From an uncultured Clostridia bacterium (GTDB taxonomy: Bacteria > Bacillota > Clostridia > TANB77 > CAG-508), in assembly GCA_934168305.1 (NCBI GenBank), contig CAKPNF010000001.1, forward strand, positions 143,480-207,479: DNA of 64,000 nucleotides. Direction: 5' to 3'. Below the pieces are notes generated by a model. It was not told the origin of the DNA. It worked only from the letters and a program-made list of their open reading frames with translations, and did no database searches. The translations under genes were made by a program, and so were the position numbers. Below, piece after piece: positions 57,297-64,000 of the stretch (position 1 is the first letter of the stretch; each line of letters begins with the position of its first letter).

Positions 57297-59981
57297 TTTT
57301 GACAATCTTTCTTCAACTTTTTGAAGCATATCTTTGTATTTTTCTAATTTATCTTTTTCTTCTTGAATTTTCTTTTCAGGTGCTTTGCTTACGAAACCTG
57401 GATTAGATAGCATCTTTTCACATCTTGCAACTTCCGCTTCTAACTTAGCTTTTTCTTCTTTTAGTCTTTTTCTTTCTTCTTCCATATCTACTAAATCTTC
57501 AAGTGGCATATATAGTTCAATCCCGTCTTTTAGGATACTTATTGCATTTTCTGGTATTCCAGCTTTGTCTTTTTGAACTACTATTTTTTCTCCAAGTCCT
57601 AGTTTTAAAATGAAGTCTTTTGCTTCCCAGATTTCATTTTCATATTTTTTTGTTACAAATATTAATTCTGATTTCTTTGATGGATGTATGTTCATGTTTG
57701 CTCTTACGTTTCTTATTTCTGTGATAATTTCTTTTATTTTTTCAACTGTTTGTTCTTCTTCATCAAAAACAAATTTTTCTCTTATTCTTGGCCATTTTGA
57801 TACTATTAAATCTGCTTCATTGTATTTTACTAGTTTGTCATAAATTTCTGATGTTACAAATGGCATAAATGGATGCAATAATTTTAATGATGTTCCAAAT
57901 ACATGGTTTAGTATATCACTTACAGCGACCTTTGTTTCTTCATTTTCACTATAAATTCTTGTTTTAACCATTTCAATATACCAATCGCAGAATTCGTTCC
58001 AAATGAAGTTATAAATTTTGTCAATTGCAATTCCTAAATCATAATTTTCAATATTTCTTGTGATGTCTGCTACTAATTTGTCTAATTTGTTTAGTATCCA
58101 TTTATCTTCTATTGTTAATAAATCTGGGTTATATGTTTTTGTTTCATGGTTATATACTTTGTGACAAAATTCTTTTACTTTATCTTCGTCTGGTGTATTC
58201 ATTATTATGAATTTAGCCGCATTCCAAATTTTGTTTGCAAAATTTGATGCTTGCTCTAGCTTTTCTGGCATATATCTAATGTCATTTCCCATTGTTGTTC
58301 CTGAAAGTACTGAAAATCTTAAGCTATCCGCACCATATTGGTCTATTATTTCAATTGGATCAATTCCATTCCCTAATGATTTTGACATTTTTCTACCTTG
58401 AGAGTCTCTTACAATTCCATGAACTACAACATCTTTGAATGGATTTTTGTCAGTTAATTCTAGTCCTTGTGTCATCATTCTTGATACCCAGAATGTTATG
58501 ATATCATATCCTGTTACCAATACATTTGTTGGATAGAATGTTTTGTAGTCTTCTGATTCTGTGTTTGGCCAACCTAATGTTGAGAATGGCCATAATGCAG
58601 AACTGAACCATGTATCTAGTGAATCTTCATCTTGATGTAATTTGCTAGAACCACATTTTTCACATTTTTCTGGCATTTGTTTTGCCGCATGTATATGTCC
58701 GCATTCGTCACAATAGTATACTGGTATTCTGTGTCCCCACCATAGTTGTCTTGATATACACCAGTCTTGGATATTATCTAACCAGTTAAAATACATTTTT
58801 TCATATCTTTTTGGTACGAATTTTACTTCGCCATTTCTAACTGCATCTGCTGCTCTTTTTGCTAAGTTTTTCATAGATACAAACCATTGTTCTGATATTC
58901 TTGGTTCTATTGTATTATGACATCTGTAGCACTTTCCAACATTATGTGTATAATCTTCTATTTTTACTAAGTTTCCTAATTCTTGTAGTTTTTCAACAAT
59001 TAATTTTCTTGCTTCAATTGCTGGCATTCCTTTATATTCTGGAACTAAATCTCCCATAATTGAACTATCATCAAATACCTCTATAATTTCCAAGTTATTT
59101 CTTAATCCTGCTTGATAATCATTTGGATCATGTGCTGGTGTAATTTTAACACATCCTGTTCCAAATTCTTTTTCAACAAATTCGTCTGCAATTATTGGAA
59201 TTTCTTTATTCATTATTGGAAGAATACATTTTTTACCTACTAAATCTTTGTATCTTTCATCATCTGGATGTACTGCAACTGCTGTATCTCCTAGCATTGT
59301 TTCAGGTCTTGTTGTTGCAACTATAATATATCTATCTGGTTCACCTGCAATTTGATATTTGATATGCCATAAATGTGATGGTTCATCTTCATATTCAACT
59401 TCTGCATCAGAAATTGTTGTATGACATGATGGACACCAGTTTATCATTTTTTTACCTTTATAGATTAGACCTTTATTATATAAACTTATGAATTGTTCTA
59501 GAACCGCTTCTGATAAACCTTCATCCATAGTAAATCTGTTTCTGTCCCAGTCACAAGAACATCCTAATCTTCTTTGTTGCTTTTGAATTGTACCACCATA
59601 CTCTTTAGTCCAAGCCCACGCTCTTTCTAAGAATTGTTCTCTTGTGATGTCAGCTTTTGTTAAGCCCTCTTCTTCTTTCATTTTTGCAACAACTTTTACC
59701 TCTGTTGCAATTGCTGCATGGTCTGAACCTGGAAGCCATAATGTGTTATATCCTTGCATTCTTTTAAATCTTATTAAAATATCTTGTATTGTGTAATCCA
59801 ATGCATGTCCCATGTGTAATTTTCCTGTTACATTTGGTGGTGGCATCATTATGCAGTAACTTTCTTTTGTCTTGTCCATATTTGGTTTAAAGTATCCTTT
59901 TTCTTCCCATTCTTGATATAGTTTTTCTTCAAAATCTTGTGGGTTGTATTTTTCATTTAATTTTTTATCTTTCATCTTCAT
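57294..59981 (-). CDS. valS: valyl-tRNA synthetase
   Basis: HMGH (HIGH-type) and KMSKS motifs, C-terminal coiled coil, ~890 aa. The start is at 59981 or 59975, after AAAGGAG. Confidence 0.95.
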   Translation of the reverse strand: MKMKDKKLNEKYNPQDFEEKLYQEWEEKGYFKPNMDKTKESYCIMMPPPNVTGKLHMGHALDYTIQDILIRFKRMQGYNTLWLPGSDHAAIATEVKVVAKMKEEEGLTKADITREQFLERAWAWTKEYGGTIQKQQRRLGCSCDWDRNRFTMDEGLSEAVLEQFISLYNKGLIYKGKKMINWCPSCHTTISDAEVEYEDEPSHLWHIKYQIAGEPDRYIIVATTRPETMLGDTAVAVHPDDERYKDLVGKKCILPIMNKEIPIIADEFVEKEFGTGCVKITPAHDPNDYQAGLRNNLEIIEVFDDSSIMGDLVPEYKGMPAIEARKLIVEKLQELGNLVKIEDYTHNVGKCYRCHNTIEPRISEQWFVSMKNLAKRAADAVRNGEVKFVPKRYEKMYFNWLDNIQDWCISRQLWWGHRIPVYYCDECGHIHAAKQMPEKCEKCGSSKLHQDEDSLDTWFSSALWPFSTLGWPNTESEDYKTFYPTNVLVTGYDIITFWVSRMMTQGLELTDKNPFKDVVVHGIVRDSQGRKMSKSLGNGIDPIEIIDQYGADSLRFSVLSGTTMGNDIRYMPEKLEQASNFANKIWNAAKFIIMNTPDEDKVKEFCHKVYNHETKTYNPDLLTIEDKWILNKLDKLVADITRNIENYDLGIAIDKIYNFIWNEFCDWYIEMVKTRIYSENEETKVAVSDILNHVFGTSLKLLHPFMPFVTSEIYDKLVKYNEADLIVSKWPRIREKFVFDEEEQTVEKIKEIITEIRNVRANMNIHPSKKSELIFVTKKYENEIWEAKDFILKLGLGEKIVVQKDKAGIPENAISILKDGIELYMPLEDLVDMEEERKRLKEEKAKLEAEVARCEKMLSNPGFVSKAPEKKIQEEKDKLEKYKDMLQKVEERLSK

Positions 59982-60136
59982 CAATCTCCTTTTCAAATTT
60001 TTCATTTCTTAAAACTCCATATTTTCCAATTACTTCTGGAGTTAACTCTGTTTTTTTAGGTAATTTATATGCTAATACTGGCAAGTCTCCTTGCTTTTTT
60101 TGTACTTTTCTTTGAATTTTTGTTTAAAGCTATTCA

Positions 60137-61000
60137 TTATTTACCTCCCAAAAATTTAATTGAATATTTACATTCAAATTCCTTATCCTGTAATAATTCA
60201 ATAATATTTTCTTTTTCTTTATAAATCTGTGTACTGTCAATTCTATCTGCTGTATTTTGCCAAGGTTCAATACAGACAAATGGTGCTCCCTTCTTTGACC
60301 ACAGTACTAAATATGGAAAACCAGTAAAATCAAATTCTAATATCTTTTGATTCGTTTTATAATTTTGTAAAATAACTTTATTTGATTTTAGATTTTTCAT
60401 AATTACTGCATCATTATCAAAAGTGTTTTCTTTCAAATAAATTTTATTATCTTGTAAAATATTTTCCGCCTTTTCCACATCTATTAAACCATCTTTTAAT
60501 TTTAAAAATTCAACATTTTTCTCTTTTTGATTAAAGACTATTTCATATTCTTCATTACTATAATCACAATTAAATGCAGGGTGCCCACCTAATCCAAAGT
60601 ATATTGTTTTGTCATCTATATTTTTTATTTGGTATGTTACTGTTAAAGTGTTTTCTATTATTTCATATATAACATGTAATTCAAATTTATATGGATATTT
60701 CTTTAATGTTTCTTCACTATATTTTAACATATAGTGGTGTTCGTTTTCTGTTTTTAATATTCCTTCAAATTCCATATCTCGTGCAAATCCATGTTGTGAC
60801 ATTTCGTATATTTCTCCATCTATTTGAGTTTGAGAATTTTTAAGTTGACCTACTATTGGAAACAATATTGGTGCCTGTCTTTTCCAATATATATTGCCAT
60901 TACTGTCTAATACTTGTGCTCCTTGAAACAACATTTCTTTGCCATTATGCTGTATACTTGTTAATTCTGCTCCTAATTTTTTTGATTGAATTTTTAACAT
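60137..61000 (-). CDS. aldose 1-epimerase (galactose mutarotase-like, LacX-type) family protein
   Basis: 287 aa. PILFPIVGQLK, HGFAR and GGHPAF motifs typical of the family. AAAGGAGG RBS. Confidence 0.75.
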   Translation of the reverse strand: MLKIQSKKLGAELTSIQHNGKEMLFQGAQVLDSNGNIYWKRQAPILFPIVGQLKNSQTQIDGEIYEMSQHGFARDMEFEGILKTENEHHYMLKYSEETLKKYPYKFELHVIYEIIENTLTVTYQIKNIDDKTIYFGLGGHPAFNCDYSNEEYEIVFNQKEKNVEFLKLKDGLIDVEKAENILQDNKIYLKENTFDNDAVIMKNLKSNKVILQNYKTNQKILEFDFTGFPYLVLWSKKGAPFVCIEPWQNTADRIDSTQIYKEKENIIELLQDKEFECKYSIKFLGGK

Positions 61001-61074
61001 TTCGAACCTCCTTTTATAATTTTAAAAAAACGGGATTAGTGGGCCAGGACTTAAAATCCCTCTTTTTTATGCAA

Positions 61075-61320
61075 AAAGCTCGCCAATATGCTATTTTTAG
61101 CATAAGGGCGAGCTTATATCTCACGGTACCACCTTAATTATTATCTATTTTTATTGTAGTATTCTTTTCTTTAATAATAAATAATTTCTCTTTTTACTTT
61201 AACGCAGTATTACGGATAATCTTGAGTTTATTTTCGGATTATCAACTCCAAAGTTACTTTCCATTTATCTTTATTTTAGAAGCTTACAGCCTTTGACTTC
61301 TATTCTCTTTAAATTAGTTT
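61075..61320 (-). promoter_or_regulatory. T-box riboswitch leader
   Basis: The rc of 61122-61139 reads AATTAAGGTGGTACCGTG (T-box motif). A terminator, GCTCGCC-N22-GGCGAGC + TTTTT (61078-61113), has a 5' arm that can alternatively pair with the T-box. AGAGA (GA motif) lies near the 5' end. Confidence 0.75.
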
Positions 61321-61421
61321 TAAATGTACTTCTCTTTTTCTTTGTTTTTATTATGTTATTGATTTGTAATATGTTTTTATTATATATCTTTTTGTGATTT
61401 TTGTCTAGTAATTTCGTAAAT

Positions 61422-61757
61422 TTAATACCAATATGCTAACTTCAAAAATGAATTTACTAATTTTGTTTGTTCTTCAAGTTCTTCTTCTTTTGACACACCA
61501 TATTTTTGTGCCTTTATATTCCTTGAATCCAATGTCCATAAAAATGCTTTTAATTTAGGAAATCTTTCAATATTATTTTTCATAAATTCCATTAAATCAC
61601 ATAATTTTTTATATAATTCACTTTGTTTTTTTTGTTCTTTATTGTATTTATCTATATCTACTATTAATTCAAATGGTTTTGAAATTTGTAATCTATAATT
61701 ATCTTCATCCATTAATTTTATAAAATTTTCATAACTTTCACAAAAAATTCTATACAT
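61422..61757 (-). CDS. hypothetical protein (111 aa)
   Basis: Overlaps the upstream ORF by 8 nt, suggesting a two-gene module. Confidence 0.45.
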   Translation of the reverse strand: MYRIFCESYENFIKLMDEDNYRLQISKPFELIVDIDKYNKEQKKQSELYKKLCDLMEFMKNNIERFPKLKAFLWTLDSRNIKAQKYGVSKEEELEEQTKLVNSFLKLAYWY

Positions 61758-62256
61758 TGTATTTCTCCCTAAAAATTTTTAATTTTTTTACAAATTCATT
61801 TCTTTTACTATCAAATAAATCTTCCCTATTTAAAACTTCACCTATAACATCGTTTAAAACTTTTTTATCACATTTTGGTATTATTTGATTTAAATCTTCA
61901 ATATCTTTTTCTGCTAATCTTATTATTTTGCTAACCGCTACATCTTCTTTTGATAAAATATAAACATTTATATATTTAAATTCTTCTAATTTTATTGCTC
62001 TTTCTTTATAATTTGGTGAAAGAATTGTACTTTGATATTCTAACATGTCATAATCTCTTAATAAGACGAATACTTTTCCATATTTTGCTGGATAACCCAA
62101 ATCAACAAAATCTATATCAAGTGTTGCCCTTGTTGTATATTCTCCAAGTATACATGCTCCTCCACCAATTAAATATATATCAAATGGTTCTAATTTAAAT
62201 AACTTTGTAACTTCTTCCATTTCATGTAATACTTCCAATAAATTATCTTTTATCAT
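61750..62256 (-). CDS. nucleotidyltransferase-fold protein (DUF6036-like), possible toxin-antitoxin-type module with the 111-aa ORF
   Basis: LIGGGACILGEYTTRATLDIDFVD resembles a minimal NTase G[GS]...D.D motif. Confidence 0.4.
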   Translation of the reverse strand: MIKDNLLEVLHEMEEVTKLFKLEPFDIYLIGGGACILGEYTTRATLDIDFVDLGYPAKYGKVFVLLRDYDMLEYQSTILSPNYKERAIKLEEFKYINVYILSKEDVAVSKIIRLAEKDIEDLNQIIPKCDKKVLNDVIGEVLNREDLFDSKRNEFVKKLKIFREKYNV

Positions 62257-62401
62257 AAAAGTTCCTCTCTTTCAATTGGTATTATACACTCTAAGTATAT
62301 TTTTATCAAGAATTTTTGACTTTTTATATATTTCATGTTATAATAAATTATAAAATTTTTTAACTTAAAAACAATAATTTGTATTAAGAGGAGGTTTCTA
62401 T

Positions 62402-62647
62402 ATGCCACTAAGAAAAGAAAACTACAGGGATATGGAGAAATTTACCAAAACAAGGAATAGCCAGCGGAATAGATATTATAGAAAAACCGCAATTTACCCA
62501 CCAAATTCCTGGACTTCTGAACAGGATGAAAAAGTATTAAAACATGATATTCCAGATTCAGAATTATCTGCAATAATACATCATTCTGTAAAAGCAATAC
62601 AAATAAGGCGGAGTAGGCTAAAAAATGAACTAAGAAATGAACAGTAA
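62402..62647 (+). CDS. small Myb/SANT-like HTH protein (81 aa)
   Basis: GAGGAGG RBS. WTSEQDEKVLKHDIPDSELSAIIHHSVKAIQIRRSRL fits the W..eeD...L....s...iA...gRs..a...R pattern. Confidence 0.5.
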   Translation: MPLRKENYRDMEKFTKTRNSQRNRYYRKTAIYPPNSWTSEQDEKVLKHDIPDSELSAIIHHSVKAIQIRRSRLKNELRNEQ

Positions 62648-62690
62648 GTCAAAAATCATAACAATCGTTTTATAGATTGTTATGATTTTT

Positions 62691-64000
62691 CTATTCCAAA
62701 TATTTTTTCAAAAACTTACCTGTATAACTTTGTTCATTCTTGCAAATCTGTTCTGGTGTACCAACAGCAACAACCTGTCCTCCACCTTCTCCACCTTCTG
62801 GGCCTAAATCAATAATATGGTCGCAAGTTTTTATTAAATCCAAATTATGTTCAATAACTATAATTGTATTTCCAGTATCAACTAGTCTTTGTAAAATATC
62901 AACTAATCTATGAACATCTGCAATATGAAGGCCTGTAGTTGGTTCATCCAAAATATATAAAGTTTTTCCTGTTGCTCTTTTTGAAAGTTCTGTTGCAAGT
63001 TTAACTCTTTGAGCCTCACCACCAGATAATGTTGTTGATGGTTGTCCTAGCTTGATATATCCTAAGCCTACATCATATAAAGTTTGAATTTTTTGTTTTA
63101 TTTTTGGTATTTTATCAAAAAATTCTAATGCTTCTTCAACTGTCATGTCAAGCACATCTGCTATGTTTTTACCTTTATATTTAACCTCTAGTGTCTCTCT
63201 GTTATATCTTTTTCCTTTACATACTTCGCATGGTACATATACATCTGGCAAGAAGTGCATTTCTATTTTGTGAACTCCGTCACCATTACAACTTTCGCAT
63301 CTTCCGCCTGCTACATTGAAACTGAATCTTCCTTTTTCAAATCCACGTAGTTTGGCTTCATTTGTTCCTGCAAATATGTCTCTAATTAAGTCAAATACTC
63401 CTGTATATGTTGCTGGGTTTGAACGTGGTGTTCTTCCTATTGGTGACTGGTCTATATTAATTATTTTGTCTATATTTTCTAATCCTTTTACCTCTTTGCA
63501 TTTTCCTGGTTTTTCTGATGCTCCATTAAGTTCTTTTGCTATTGTTTTATATAATACTTCATTTACAAGTGTTGATTTTCCTGAACCTGAAACTCCTGTA
63601 ACACATGTAAATACTCCAAGTGGAAATTTTACACTTATATTTTTCAAGTTGTTTTCTGTTGCATTTTTCACTTCAATAGCTTTTGATTTTACAACTTTTC
63701 TTCTTTTTTTAGGAACTTCTATTCTCTTTCTTCCACTTAAATATTGACCTGTAACAGAATCTTTTACTAATTTTACTTCATCTGCTGTACCTTGTGCCAT
63801 AACATTTCCACCATGTACACCAGCTCCTGGACCAATATCAATAATTTGGTCTGCTGCATACATTGTGTCTTCGTCATGTTCTACAATTAATAATGTATTT
63901 CCTAAATCTCTTAATTTCTTAAGTGTTGCAATTAATTTATCATTATCTCTTTGATGTAGTCCAATACTTGGTTCGTCCAAAATATACATAACGCCTGTAA
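62691..64000 (-). CDS. uvrA: excinuclease ABC subunit A, C-terminal ~435 aa (5' part outside the window)
   Basis: [11 protein letters not shown], zinc finger CESCNGDG...CEVCKGKRY, second ABC signature [12 protein letters not shown] and [11 protein letters not shown]. The frame is open to the window edge (…[10 protein letters not shown]). Confidence 0.95.
   Translation of the reverse strand, partial: TGVMYILDEPSIGLHQRDNDKLIATLKKLRDLGNTLLIVEHDEDTMYAADQIIDIGPGAGVHGGNVMAQGTADEVKLVKDSVTGQYLSGRKRIEVPKKRRKVVKSKAIEVKNATENNLKNISVKFPLGVFTCVTGVSGSGKSTLVNEVLYKTIAKELNGASEKPGKCKEVKGLENIDKIINIDQSPIGRTPRSNPATYTGVFDLIRDIFAGTNEAKLRGFEKGRFSFNVAGGRCESCNGDGVHKIEMHFLPDVYVPCEVCKGKRYNRETLEVKYKGKNIADVLDMTVEEALEFFDKIPKIKQKIQTLYDVGLGYIKLGQPSTTLSGGEAQRVKLATELSKRATGKTLYILDEPTTGLHIADVHRLVDILQRLVDTGNTIIVIEHNLDLIKTCDHIIDLGPEGGEGGGQVVAVGTPEQICKNEQSYTGKFLKKYLE

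Overview
A 64-kb window from a very AT-rich, endospore-forming Firmicute (Clostridia-like; a spoVB-like flippase, dpaB, yabP, yabQ and divIC are present). Core blocks are rfbDACB, pepF, rho, yabQ/yabP, aspartate kinase, prfB, secA, valS behind a T-box leader, and uvrA. There are two accessory regions.

(1) 12.9-31.6 kb holds decayed transposase and regulator remnants. It also holds an ~11-kb array (17.29-28.40 kb) in which plus-strand accessory cassettes alternate with four homologous 0.5-1.1 kb non-coding repeats (R1-R4) plus a 50-bp remnant (R0). The cassettes encode a ToxN-like protein with an ABC exporter, a GNAT-NUDIX fusion, RhuM-Fic/DOC, a histidine phosphatase, a NUDIX protein and unknowns. 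The repeats are extremely AT-rich, have conserved ends and share a short direct-repeat core. I cannot assign them to any element class I know.

(2) 41.3-52.2 kb is a decayed integrative island inserted between secA and prfB. It carries a complete diversity-generating retroelement (avd-TR-RT-target). The variable region lies unusually in the N-terminal ~100 aa of a MoxR-like AAA+ ATPase that is co-oriented with a vWA/metallopeptidase gene.

Other oddities: a soluble Clp-D1 AAA+/M41 protease fusion next to a NERD protein, and two tandem beta-CASP RNase-like paralogs.

Six recognisable genes have single-base frame breaks. Four are at in-frame CGG codons and two are at 7-nt homopolymers. Assembly indel error is a live explanation, so the 'pseudogene' calls are provisional. 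No rRNA, tRNA or CRISPR array was seen. All family assignments come from reading motifs in the supplied translations, not from database searches.
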